This document shows, piece after piece, positions 39,089-49,080 of a DNA stretch of 64,000 nt. A model generated the notes under the pieces. It was given only the letters and a program-made list of their open reading frames with translations. It had not been told where the DNA came from and did not search any database. Made by a program: the position numbers and the translations under genes. The number at the start of each line of letters is the position of its first letter. The stretch's first letter is position 1. Source of the stretch: Nostoc sp. DedSLP01 (GTDB lineage: Bacteria; Cyanobacteriota; Cyanobacteriia; Cyanobacteriales; Nostocaceae); the NCBI GenBank assembly GCA_034530875.2, contig JAVRCJ020000005.1, positions 96,001-160,000 on the forward strand. The letters are read 5' to 3'.

Positions 39089-41113
39089 TTATCGAGATTT
39101 TAAATCGGCGATCGCACCTTTAGTCATGGCAGCAATAGCTTTATCTGTTGCTTTCGGTAAATGATAATACTTACCTGCTGCTGTTTGCGCTAATTCTTTA
39201 GCAAAACCCGTAGAAACAAACTTACTCTCGGTATCAATTACTAATAGTTGCATCCCCAAACCACGAATTCTAGCCGCAATTTCTAGCAATTCTGCTTTGA
39301 TGTCTGGTTTTTCTCCTGGTTCTAGCTGTTCGCCTAAGGAACGCGCCAAGGGAATATTACCCCGTCCGTCGGTGATTGCTACAAGTACTACTTGCCCAAT
39401 ATCTCCACTCATCTGGGCATTTAAGCCGACGCGTACAGCTTGGGTTAAACCATGCGCTAAGGGCGAACCCCCACCACAGGGTAATCTTTCCAAACGGTTA
39501 CGCGCTAAGGCAATGGAACGTGTTGGCGGTAACAATACTTCTGCTTGTTCTCCTCGGAAGGGAATCAAGGCTATTTGGTCGCGGTTTTGATACGCTTCGG
39601 TTAAAAGTTGCATTACTGCGCCTTTCGCCGACTGCATCCGATTTAAGGCCATTGAGCCAGAAGCATCTACCACAAACACTACTAACGCCCCAGCTTTACG
39701 TACTAAGCGTTTGGAGCGAATGTCACCCTGTTCGACAATCACTTTTCTATCTGGGTGGCGCTCTCTGCGTGCTTTTTGATACGGTGCTGCTGCTCTGAGT
39801 GTGGCATCTACGGCAATGCGTCGCACTTTTCCTTTGGGCAACATTGGCTTAATGTAGCGTCCCCGGTCATCAGAAAAGATAATGCTGCGGCTACCAGATT
39901 TACCCTGGCGCTTGGCCATCTGAGTAAAATAAAGCACGCTATCATCCAAAATTACCCCTTCTGGATCGAAGATGAATTCTTCCGGGATACTGGGGGGTTC
40001 TTGCTCTTGATTTTCTTCTTGTTCTTCCTGTTCTTCTTGTTCTGATTCGTCTGGTTCTTCTTGATTTTGAGGTGGTGGTGGCGGTGGTGGTGGCGGTGCT
40101 TGTTCTGGTGGTGGCGTCTGTACGACTGTTGCCCGCGGTACAATTACCAATTCCACGGCACGGCGCAAATCTTCGGCATTTACTGTGTTGCGTCCTTCCA
40201 AAGCTGCGGCGGCCTTGGCAACTCGCACAGCAAATAACTCAGCGCGATGTCCCTGAACTCCACCGCGAATTGCTTCATTCACCAGGTAAGCGATTTGTTC
40301 GTGGGTAATGCAGACATCCTTGAGCCATTCCCGCGCTAGGATAATTTGGGTTTTCATGGCGTCTAAGTCTTCGCTGTATTGGGCAAGAAACTCTTGGGGA
40401 GATTGAGAGTAGGAGATCGCAACCTCTACTGCTGCTACTCTTTGATCTAGTCCCAGTACGCCATCCGCAGAAAGAGCGATCGCAATTCTATCTAGCAAAT
40501 GTTCCCTTAATGCTCCCTCTTCTGGGTTATAGGTCGCAATAAACAGCGGTTTGCAAGGATGCTGAAAACTAATTCCTTCTCGCTCTATCTGGTTGCGTCC
40601 CTCAGATAATACTGTCAGTAGTTGATTTGATATTTGGTCATCTAATAAATTGATTTCATCCACATACAAGACGCCGCGATTCGCACTAGCAAGTAAACCG
40701 GGCTGAAAAATTGTATCGCCTTGTTTGACGGATTGTTCTACATCCACAGAACCGAGAAGCCTGTCTTCTGTTACGCCCAAAGGAATTTGGATAAATGGTG
40801 CGGGGATGATTTGGGTGGGTACATCTTGAGTGTCTTTATCTGCATACTCTAGCAAAAGGCGATCGTCCCATTCTTCTGGGTGATTGGGGTCGCAATTACT
40901 GATAGAACCTTTAACGACTTCGATGGGTGGTACTAGGGCGTGGATAGCACGAGCCATTACAGATTTTGCCGTACCGCGACGGCCTGCGATCGCCACTCCC
41001 CCCAATCCCGGATCTACGGCTGCTAACAGCAAAGCTAGTTTAATCGCTTCTTGACCGACTACAGCTGTTAAAGGAAAGGCAGTGATAGTAGGGTTGATAG
41101 TGGGCGCAGGCAT
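39089..41113 (-). CDS. chlD: Magnesium chelatase subunit D
   Basis: [20 protein letters not shown]-like domain, Pro/acidic linker, vWA domain VDASGSM. Confidence 0.97.
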   Translation of the reverse strand: MPAPTINPTITAFPLTAVVGQEAIKLALLLAAVDPGLGGVAIAGRRGTAKSVMARAIHALVPPIEVVKGSISNCDPNHPEEWDDRLLLEYADKDTQDVPTQIIPAPFIQIPLGVTEDRLLGSVDVEQSVKQGDTIFQPGLLASANRGVLYVDEINLLDDQISNQLLTVLSEGRNQIEREGISFQHPCKPLFIATYNPEEGALREHLLDRIAIALSADGVLGLDQRVAAVEVAISYSQSPQEFLAQYSEDLDAMKTQIILAREWLKDVCITHEQIAYLVNEAIRGGVQGHRAELFAVRVAKAAAALEGRNTVNAEDLRRAVELVIVPRATVVQTPPPEQAPPPPPPPPPQNQEEPDESEQEEQEEQEENQEQEPPSIPEEFIFDPEGVILDDSVLYFTQMAKRQGKSGSRSIIFSDDRGRYIKPMLPKGKVRRIAVDATLRAAAPYQKARRERHPDRKVIVEQGDIRSKRLVRKAGALVVFVVDASGSMALNRMQSAKGAVMQLLTEAYQNRDQIALIPFRGEQAEVLLPPTRSIALARNRLERLPCGGGSPLAHGLTQAVRVGLNAQMSGDIGQVVLVAITDGRGNIPLARSLGEQLEPGEKPDIKAELLEIAARIRGLGMQLLVIDTESKFVSTGFAKELAQTAAGKYYHLPKATDKAIAAMTKGAIADLKSR

Positions 41114-41527
41114 GGTTTGAATAATCGTGAGTCTCGGCTTTTAGCATATCAATTTCTCGCACGTTTAAAACAAATCTTATGGGAATAAGTATGAAGTTTA
41201 AAAGCCATACGTGTTTTCACAGAGACTTTGGCGTTAATCCCCAAACGAAGTCAACTAAAGCTCAAACTCTGATTTTGGGATTTTGAGAGTTATTGAAAAT
41301 ACTGCAAGATTTTTTTTAACAAAATATTATCGTAGTTGCTGCTTACTTTTTAGGCATTGGTCACATTGGATAACATCACGAATTGACAATTGCTCTAAGT
41401 TTATTGTTGTAGCTGGGCAAAAATTCAAGTTTTTCACTTTCTAGTTAGCAAAGTGTGCGCTGCGATGCTTCGATACGCTTCTAAGGACACCCTGCCGCAC
41501 TGTACTATTTTCCAGGAGACTACAGCA

Positions 41528-42148
41528 ATGATGAAAGCTGAAGATATCATGACCAAAAACGTGGTTACCATCCGCGGTTCGGCAACTGTTGCAGAAGCGG
41601 TGGGGCTGATGAAAGAAAAAAAATTGCGGGCGCTGGTTGTGGATCGTCGCTATGACAATGATGCTTATGGCATTGTTACAGAAACAGATGTTGTTTATAA
41701 GGTAATAGCTTACGGTAAAGATCCAAAGCAAGTGCGAGTTTACGAAATTATGAGTAAGCCTTGCATTGTGGTAAACCCCGATTTGGGTGTGGAATATGTA
41801 GCCAGGTTATTTGCTAACACTGGTATCCATAGAGCGCCTGTGATTCAAGGTAAACTGTTGGGAATTATCTCAATTACCGACATTTTGACCAAAAGCGACT
41901 TTGTGGAAGCGCCAAAAGCACTATTGCTAGAGGAGAGAATTCAAAAAGCTATCGAACAGGCTCGTGCCATTTGCACCGAACAAGGTGCTTATTCTAAAGC
42001 CTGTGCAGCTGCTTGGGATGAGGTAGAAGAACTGCAAGCAGAAGCAGCTCATCAAAAAGCTGAGGGTATGGTGTCAGCCAAAGGTAGTTTTGAGAAATAT
42101 TGCAAGGAAAACCCAGATGCACCAGAATGTCGAAATTATCATCCGTAA
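41528..42148 (+). CDS. CBS-pair-CP12 fusion protein
   Basis: Two CBS domains, then CP12 with C..C, AWDEVEEL and YCKENPDAPECR; RBS AGGAG before ATG 41528. Confidence 0.92.
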   Translation: MMKAEDIMTKNVVTIRGSATVAEAVGLMKEKKLRALVVDRRYDNDAYGIVTETDVVYKVIAYGKDPKQVRVYEIMSKPCIVVNPDLGVEYVARLFANTGIHRAPVIQGKLLGIISITDILTKSDFVEAPKALLLEERIQKAIEQARAICTEQGAYSKACAAAWDEVEELQAEAAHQKAEGMVSAKGSFEKYCKENPDAPECRNYHP

Positions 42149-42172
42149 TTGAAGTGGGGCATTGGGCAAACA

Positions 42173-42359
42173 GGGAGTGTGGGAGGTGTGGGAGGAGAGG
42201 GAGGTGTGGGAGGTGTGGGAAGCATAAATTCTCTTTCTTCCCTCACTTCCCCCATCTCCCCATCTCCCCACACTCCCCACACCTCCCCATCTCCCCACAC
42301 TCCCCACACTCCCCACACTCCCCACACTCCCCACACCTCCCCATCTCCCCATCTCCCTC
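42173..42359. repeat. G-rich/C-rich short tandem repeats (GGGAGGTGT / CCCCACACT, CCCCATCT) between convergent genes
   Basis: Directly visible 8-9-nt tandem units forming imperfect inverted arms. Confidence 0.85.
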
Positions 42360-42362
42360 ATT

Positions 42363-43550
42363 TTACCGATTTGCGACTCGCATCAATAAAAAGACACCTA
42401 CTCCTAGAAAAATAAAGTTGGGTAACCAAGCTCCCATAAAGGGAGAGAGGATGCCTGTTTGTGCGATCGCGCCACTAATAAAGAAAATTAAGTAATAGGA
42501 AAAAATAACTATAACGCTAATCCCAAAACTGGTGCCTCTGCCTGTGCGCTGGGGTATGCTTCCCATTGCAGCGCCGACTAAGCCAAAAACTACGCACACA
42601 AAGGGCAAGGAGATTTTTTGTTGAATCCTGACTTCCAGTTTACGAATTTTTTGGCGATCGCCGCCCAAGCGTTCCACTTCTAATTGATCTAGTCCTTCAG
42701 AAATATTCATTTCGTCGTAGTCGCGGCTTTTTTCTGCCAAAATTAATGGCGTCCGGGGTAGTTGCAGTTGTTGCTGTTCAAACCTGACGATGTTGCGATA
42801 AGAGCGATCGGCTGCGACAAAATAGATTGTGCCGTTGTAAAAATCCCAAACATTTCGAGAAGCATTCCACTGGGCGGATTCTGATACCACAATTTGATTC
42901 AGACCTTTAGTTGAACGATCTATAATTGTCAAACCTGTCATACGCTTACCATCAAATTGGTCGGCGTAAAACAAGCGCGACAATATCCTATTTTTAGTGC
43001 CATCTGGCTGGACAACATCCTGATATTCAGGATAAAAAATATTTTGCTGTTTAAAAGTTGGCTTGTCTGATTTGAGGGCTTTATCCAGAGTCATCGCCGC
43101 TTGGTAATTTGCTGCTGGCGCTATGTGTTCGTTAAATACAAATGTCATTCCTGTGACCAGAAGACTTAATATCACAGCAGGTAGCACCATACGATAAACG
43201 CTGACGCCACAACCACGCAAAGCTATGAGTTCGCTTTCGCTGGAAAGACGACTGTAAGTCATCAGAGTAGCCAGCAACGTGGACATGGGGAAGGCTAAAA
43301 CAACAAAGTTGGGAAACTTTAATAAAAAAACCTGAATGGCAATGTCTATAGGTAGCCCAGATTCAACTACTTTTCTGACTAAATCGAATACAGCATCAAT
43401 GGTGACACCGATTGAAGAGAAAGCTCCGACACCAAAGAAAAACGGTGGCAATAATTCGCTGCTCAGATAACGATCCATAATCGTAAAAGGTAGCAGTGAA
43501 TGCAAACTGTAGAAAGATGTAACTTTCTTTGATATCATAAGCAACTGCAA
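42363..43550 (-). CDS. LptF/LptG family LPS export permease
   Basis: MDRYL, LSSESELIALRGCGVS, QKISLPF and AWLPN motifs; downstream of lptB. Confidence 0.93.
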   Translation of the reverse strand: MQLLMISKKVTSFYSLHSLLPFTIMDRYLSSELLPPFFFGVGAFSSIGVTIDAVFDLVRKVVESGLPIDIAIQVFLLKFPNFVVLAFPMSTLLATLMTYSRLSSESELIALRGCGVSVYRMVLPAVILSLLVTGMTFVFNEHIAPAANYQAAMTLDKALKSDKPTFKQQNIFYPEYQDVVQPDGTKNRILSRLFYADQFDGKRMTGLTIIDRSTKGLNQIVVSESAQWNASRNVWDFYNGTIYFVAADRSYRNIVRFEQQQLQLPRTPLILAEKSRDYDEMNISEGLDQLEVERLGGDRQKIRKLEVRIQQKISLPFVCVVFGLVGAAMGSIPQRTGRGTSFGISVIVIFSYYLIFFISGAIAQTGILSPFMGAWLPNFIFLGVGVFLLMRVANR

Positions 43551-43925
43551 AAGTTAAATATTGGTAACCCTGGTAAAGAAAACATACAGTATAAGTCAGA
43601 ATGGGCTACGCCCCGCTACGCTAACAGAATTCAGAATTCAGGAGTAAAAAAGTTTTCATCTTTGGTTTTAAAGTCTAAATTATGTACCTCACTTGGCTGT
43701 GTCTACTATGTTTAATATCAAAATTTAATTTTCAATGGCTAAAAGTTAGCTAAAAAATTCATGCCGATAAATAAAAAATGAAACTACTCTTTAAAATTAT
43801 TTACTAAATGCAGCAGTTTGTTATTAATTGAAGTACAACACCTTAGCCTAAAAATTAGATATAATCTTTTATTCACTTCTAACTCCTGATTCCTGAATTC
43901 TGACTCCTGAATTCTGATTCTGAAT

Positions 43926-44654
43926 TTACACTTGAAAGCTATCGCCCAAGTAATATTGCCGCACAAGGGGGTTGTGGTAGAGTTCGTCAGAAGTCCCAAA
44001 TGCAAGAATTTGTCCCTCACGCATGATATAACCGCGATCGGTAATGGCGAGAGTTTCGCGGACATTATGATCTGTGATTAAAATACCCATACCGCGATCG
44101 CGCAATTGAGCGATAATGTGCTGAATTTCTGAGACTGCTATCGGATCTACTCCCGCAAATGGTTCATCCAAAAGTAAAAACTTTGGTCCTTCTCGTCCAG
44201 CAGCCAGAGACCTTGCTAATTCCGTCCGCCGTCGCTCCCCACCAGAAAGTTGAATTCCCTTGCTATTAGCTACTTTTTCCAAGCGAAACTCCCGCAGTAA
44301 TGTTGTTAGTCGCCTCGACCATTCCCATCGTGGCACATTAGTCTGCTCTAGCACTAATAGAATATTATCTTGTACCGAAAGCTGACGAAAAACACTCGCC
44401 TCTTGTGCTAGATACCCAATACCCAATCGCGCCCTTCTGTGCATTGGCATTCCTGTAATGTCTAGATTACCTAGCCAGACTTTTCCTTGATTGGGTTTTT
44501 CTAAACCTGTGGCAATGTAAAAAGTCGTAGTTTTACCAGCGCCATTAGGCCCTAGTAAACCAACGACTTCCCCTTGAGCAACAGAAAGGTTGACACGATT
44601 GACAATGACTCGCTTGTTGTAAGATTTGTGAATATTCTCTAAAACAATTTTCAC
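43926..44654 (-). CDS. lptB: LPS export ABC transporter ATP-binding protein LptB
   Basis: GPNGAGKTT, LSGGERRR, LLDEPFAGVDPI and TDHNVRETL motifs. Confidence 0.96.
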   Translation of the reverse strand: MKIVLENIHKSYNKRVIVNRVNLSVAQGEVVGLLGPNGAGKTTTFYIATGLEKPNQGKVWLGNLDITGMPMHRRARLGIGYLAQEASVFRQLSVQDNILLVLEQTNVPRWEWSRRLTTLLREFRLEKVANSKGIQLSGGERRRTELARSLAAGREGPKFLLLDEPFAGVDPIAVSEIQHIIAQLRDRGMGILITDHNVRETLAITDRGYIMREGQILAFGTSDELYHNPLVRQYYLGDSFQV

Positions 44655-44684
44655 GCTACAGGCAGCCTTTCTTAGTAGTAGATG

Positions 44685-45182
44685 CTAATTAGAACGCTTA
44701 AATTCTGGTGTCTTTGGGGGAGGTGTTGCAGTTTGTGCATTATTATTTGATTCCTCCACCATGTAGATCGACTCTACCTGACGGTTGGCTTGGGGTAAGG
44801 CCACAAATCGTCCTTCATCAATTAAATAGGTTACCTTCTCCGCCCGGATACTGTTACCTCCCTGCTGCAAAATATAGACGTTGCCACTAAAATCAATCCG
44901 GCGTTCTTTACTAAAATACTGTGCTTGGGCAGCTGTTGCCTGAAGTTGGCGAGAAGGATAAAACATTTGCACGTTACCGCGAGCCGTGATTACTTGAGTT
45001 TTGGCGTCATATTCTTGCACATCAGCACGGATGGTCAAAGGGCGATTTTCTCCAGATGTTTGTGCGGTAGCGGTTTGCAGTCGGTTGGGGAAAGCAAAAG
45101 TTCCGAAAAGAAAAGCTGGCAGTATTAAGGCTAATCCAACACGACGCATCTGAGACATGGGCAATTTATAACAGGAGGTCAT
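44685..45182 (-). CDS. lptA: LptA/OstA family periplasmic protein
   Basis: Signal-like N-terminus; ITARGNV and FSGNVYILQ.GNSIRAE beta-jellyroll motifs; upstream of lptB. Confidence 0.85.
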   Translation of the reverse strand: MTSCYKLPMSQMRRVGLALILPAFLFGTFAFPNRLQTATAQTSGENRPLTIRADVQEYDAKTQVITARGNVQMFYPSRQLQATAAQAQYFSKERRIDFSGNVYILQQGGNSIRAEKVTYLIDEGRFVALPQANRQVESIYMVEESNNNAQTATPPPKTPEFKRSN

Positions 45183-45581
45183 TGCAATTTGGGGTTGAGA
45201 ATTTGGGCTTGTGTTTTAATTATCTCAAGTACTCTATCCAGATATGAAAGGTACAATCTGGAGGGATTTTACGATAACTACTGGCTCAAATACTGACGCT
45301 ACCGCCAACCTCAAGGTTTCAGAAAACTTTATATTCAGATCCACTACAGCTTAATATAACGGTCTTAGCTTTTTTCTCCACACTCTACACCTCATTGGCA
45401 TCAAGTTTAGCCAAAACCTCGATCGAGTTTCGTTTCCAGGTTTAGGAAATAAACGCAGACAAATTCAGAACTCGAACGTTGAGCTTTTGATATATCGTGC
45501 AGAGAATCTTGATTAACAGCAGTTATTTTGTACGATAAAGTACAAAGTGTCATCATAAATTAATCAATAAGGAATGCGTAC

Positions 45582-46157
45582 ATGGGCAAGGGGAGGTTAG
45601 AAGCATTCAGCGATGGGGTGATTGCCATCATCATCACTATTATGGTGCTGGAAATCAAAGTGCCGCATGGCAGTGAGTTAGCCGCACTGCGTCCGTTGAT
45701 ACCAATATTTCTCAGCTATGTGCTGAGTTTTATTTATCTCGGCATCTATTGGAACAACCATCATCACTTGTTACAGGCGATTCGCCATGTTAATGGGCGC
45801 ATCCTTTGGGCAAATTTACATTTGCTGTTTTGGTTGTCGTTAATCCCCTTTGGTACTGCCTGGATGGGTGAAAATAACTTTGCCATCATACCAGTTGCCC
45901 TTTATGGTGTGGTTTTGATGTTAAATGCGATCGCCTACTACATCCTGACTCGTACATTAATTTATTATCATGGCAGTGATTCTACTTTAGCGATCGCAGT
46001 CGGTCGAGACTTCAAAGGAAAAGTATCGGTGGTTATTTATGCCGTGGCAATTCCACTTGCTTTTCTAAATTCCTGGCTTGCCTGTGTATTATACATTTTG
46101 GTCGCAGTTATGTGGCTTATCCCCGACCGCCGCATTGAAAAAACTCTAACTTCGTGA
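45582..46157 (+). CDS. TMEM175 family K+ channel (DUF1211)
   Basis: RLEAFSDGVIAIIITIMVLE, SYVLSF and YWNNHH motifs. Confidence 0.94.
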   Translation: MGKGRLEAFSDGVIAIIITIMVLEIKVPHGSELAALRPLIPIFLSYVLSFIYLGIYWNNHHHLLQAIRHVNGRILWANLHLLFWLSLIPFGTAWMGENNFAIIPVALYGVVLMLNAIAYYILTRTLIYYHGSDSTLAIAVGRDFKGKVSVVIYAVAIPLAFLNSWLACVLYILVAVMWLIPDRRIEKTLTS

Positions 46158-46346
46158 CATCGCCCTGCAATTTGATTGCATCGCCCTGCAATTTGATTGC
46201 ATCGACCTGCAATTTGATTGCATCGACCTGCAATACGATTGCATCGCCCTGCAATTTGATTGCATCGACCTGCAATGCGATTGCATCGACCTGCAATGCG
46301 ATTGCATCGACCTGCAATGCGATTGCATCGACCTGCAATGCAATTG
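46158..46346. repeat. Tandem repeat, 9 x 21 bp (CATCG[A/C]CCTGCAATnnGATTG)
   Basis: Units counted directly; starts immediately after the TMEM175 stop; no spacers. Confidence 0.95.
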
Positions 46347-46438
46347 CGCTTAATACCAAATTGGCAAAGGATGCTTTGTTTCAGATGCAGAGTAACAGAT
46401 TGAAAACCAGTTGTGTCAGCCTTTTCAAACTATGTCTT

Positions 46439-46592
46439 AACGTGAATTCGACCAACCTCTCCCTGTCTTGAACTAGTGTTCAAGTCTGTCCCTCTCCGAA
46501 TCGGAGAGGGACGGTTTTACGTAGTAAAACCAGGGAGAGGTTTTTTATTTGGCTAATTAGACGAACACTATATAAACCGTCGAATTCACGTT
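46439..46592. mobile_element. MITE, 154 bp, 14-bp perfect TIRs and 5-bp target-site duplication
   Basis: AACGTGAATTCGAC / GTCGAATTCACGTT; GTCTT on both flanks (46434-38, 46593-97); internal multi-hairpin structure. Confidence 0.85.
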
Positions 46593-46604
46593 GTCTTAAT
46601 TACG

Positions 46605-46668
46605 TTAGCCCAGCGGGGCGTACTCCTACGGAGAAGCAAGCTACGCGGAGCGTCTCGTAGAGAAGCCC
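46605..46668. repeat. Tiny repeat (TTAGC..AGCGGGGCGTAGCCC) carrying a nested 42-nt insertion
   Basis: Compared with the uninterrupted copy at 48036-48056; both are flanked by ATTACG units. Confidence 0.7.
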
Positions 46669-46696
46669 ATTACGAATTACGAATTAGTATTAGATT

Positions 46697-47890
46697 TTAC
46701 ACACAAGTGCAATACCTAAATACAAAAAATATCAAAACTGCAAAACCCGTCGCTGCATGATAAACGCTATGAATTCCGCCAAAACCAAAAGCATACCCCA
46801 TCAATAGCGGCCCTAAAGTTTGTCCTAAACCGAAGAATGTGCCGTTGACCGATATAATTGTCGCTAAATATTCTCTTGGTGCTAAATCTGCTAACAGTGT
46901 TTGGATAGTGGGAAAACCAATCCCAAGGCCAATACCAAAAATTATACTAGGCACTAATAGTAACCACAGGTTTGGCACAAAAGGAATAATTAACATCGCT
47001 AAACCGTACAAAACATAAGATGCACTAATTAAATTAGTAGCGCGAAATCTTCTAGCTAATCTGCCTAACTGTGAAGATACAATAGTTATTGATATAGAAA
47101 CACTAGAAAGTAACAATCCAATAATAGTAGATGGTGCTTTAAAAGTGTCGTTAATTAACTGTGGTAAATAAGTAACATAAGCGCCATAAAGGAAAACAAA
47201 GTTAGCTGCACTGGCAAGAAAAAGTCCAAATAATTGGCGATTTTTGAGAACTTTTAGTGCATTTCTTAAGTAGTCTTTTAAATTGCGATCGCCTTGTGGT
47301 TCTGGATTCTTCAATCCAAACAATACCAAGAACCCCAGAGGAATCGCTAATATCGGCAACATAAAAGGATAATACCAGCCCATTGCTGCCAAAGCACCAC
47401 CAATTATAGGATAAGTTGACGTGCCAACGCTGCTGATACTGGCACTGTAACCCATTGCCTCAGTACGTCTATCTCCTATATATAAATCGCCAATTAAAGT
47501 AATACTTAAAGAAAGCAAAGGAGCAGCACCGATTCCTTGGAGCAAACGAAACAATAATAATAAATTAAAATCACGTGCTAAGGCGCACGCTGTACCAGCA
47601 ATCCCAAATAAAAATAGTGCAGGAACCATAATTCTTTTTCTGCCCCATCTATCAGCTAATATGCCAATAACCGGCCCTAAAAATAAAGATGGTAATGTAA
47701 AGAATGTAATCAATAAACCCAAATTTTGGGGATTGATATTTAACTCTTTAACTAACTTAGGAAAAGCTGGAGTTACGCTGGAAACCCCGATAACAGCAAT
47801 CAGAGAGACTGCACTAACTATCTGAAAATTTAGCTCTAGATAAACTGGCTTTTTACGCTCGCTTTGGCTGTTATCTTTTGGCGAATTCAT
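46697..47890 (-). CDS. MFS transporter (DHA1-like)
   Basis: GILADRWGRKR motif A, RLLQGIG, 12 TM helices. Confidence 0.92.
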   Translation of the reverse strand: MNSPKDNSQSERKKPVYLELNFQIVSAVSLIAVIGVSSVTPAFPKLVKELNINPQNLGLLITFFTLPSLFLGPVIGILADRWGRKRIMVPALFLFGIAGTACALARDFNLLLLFRLLQGIGAAPLLSLSITLIGDLYIGDRRTEAMGYSASISSVGTSTYPIIGGALAAMGWYYPFMLPILAIPLGFLVLFGLKNPEPQGDRNLKDYLRNALKVLKNRQLFGLFLASAANFVFLYGAYVTYLPQLINDTFKAPSTIIGLLLSSVSISITIVSSQLGRLARRFRATNLISASYVLYGLAMLIIPFVPNLWLLLVPSIIFGIGLGIGFPTIQTLLADLAPREYLATIISVNGTFFGLGQTLGPLLMGYAFGFGGIHSVYHAATGFAVLIFFVFRYCTCV

Positions 47891-48148
47891 GAGATTACCC
47901 TAGAAAATTAGAATTCAGAATTCAGAATTCAGAATTCAGGAGTCAGAATGGTTAGATAATCGGAGAAGCGATGATAAATATATCGATCCCACTAGTACTT
48001 GAAATGTCTAAAACCCTTACGCAACAGTAATTACGTTAGCTAGCGGGGCGTAGCCCATTACGAATTACGCAAAGCAATACTAGGCTCTCGATGAATTCTG
48101 ACTTCTGACTCCTGATTAGTGAATTATTAACTGCGATTTATTGCCTTC

Positions 48149-48862
48149 TTAAGCTGCAACTTTTTCCTCAAATGGTTTAAAAGTTTTTTTCGTTGCACCG
48201 CAAATCGGACATTTCCAATCATCAGGAATTTCTTCAAAAGGTGTACCAGGTGCGATTCCCGAATCAGGATCGCCAGCTACAGGATCGTAAATCATACTGC
48301 ATTGTTTACAAATCCATTTACGAGTTTGAGGATCGTCAGCTACAACTTTATTTACTGTTTGTCCTCCGTTTAATACTTCTAAGGCTTCAGCATAGCGATC
48401 GGCATGATAATTTTCGATGAATTTTAATAAGCCGAAACGGTGTGCAGCTTCCCGAAATGTATTTGCATGGTCGGTAGATTCTTTTGCTTGTTTGAGAAAT
48501 TCTTCAGCAGCGGTATTATCGCGGTCGCGTTGAGCATCGGCGGCAAATTCTGGATACATTGTGGTGTATTCATAAGTCTCGCCTTCAATTGCCAACGATA
48601 AGCAGCGAGAGACAATTTCTCGCTTTTGCTCGTCAGTTAAAGCTGCTGGGTTTTCAACTACAAGTTCTGGATGTAGCAACTTAAAATGTGCAAAAGCATG
48701 TTCGGTTTCTTGATCTGCTGTCTCTTTAAAAAGTTTTGCCAAATCTGTGAACCCAAGTTGACGCGCTACATCAGCGAAAAACAAATATTTGCGATTTGCC
48801 ATCGACTCACCACCGAAGGCAGCTTCTAAGTTTTGAAGAGTAGTAAAGTTGGATAAATCCAT
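48149..48862 (-). CDS. rbrA: Rubrerythrin with C-terminal rubredoxin domain
   Basis: AFGGES.AN, QETEHA, EGETYE, ESTDHA; C-terminal WICKQC...WKCPICG. Confidence 0.9.
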   Translation of the reverse strand: MDLSNFTTLQNLEAAFGGESMANRKYLFFADVARQLGFTDLAKLFKETADQETEHAFAHFKLLHPELVVENPAALTDEQKREIVSRCLSLAIEGETYEYTTMYPEFAADAQRDRDNTAAEEFLKQAKESTDHANTFREAAHRFGLLKFIENYHADRYAEALEVLNGGQTVNKVVADDPQTRKWICKQCSMIYDPVAGDPDSGIAPGTPFEEIPDDWKCPICGATKKTFKPFEEKVAA

Positions 48863-48984
48863 AATTGTGGGATGCCTACGAAGTGATATTTAGTACGAAA
48901 ACACGAACTATGCAACCAAATAAATGAGCCGTTATTTGTATAAAGTAGAAACGTTTTATACAAAATTTAGCCCAAATTTATAAA

Positions 48985-49008
48985 GTTAGCACAGCTAGCT
49001 GTGCTAAC
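48985..49008. promoter_or_regulatory. Perfect 24-bp palindrome between the OYE stop and the rubrerythrin start
   Basis: GTTAGCACAGCT-AGCTGTGCTAAC; role (terminator or operator) unknown. Confidence 0.5.
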
Positions 49009-49080
49009 CTACCTGGACAATTATAAAACCGAAAACTTTTGTAGCTGAAAATTTATCAACAAAGAATTCTGAATTCTATT

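Noticed and set aside
42074..42495. Low-complexity ORFs (GSVGSV, PHSPHS, WGVWGV), and likewise 30260-30602 and 22280-22471
   Set aside because: Translations of STRR repeats in intergenic regions.
46158..46346. CRISPR array
   Set aside because: Units are contiguous 21-mers with no unique spacers, and no cas genes are in the window.
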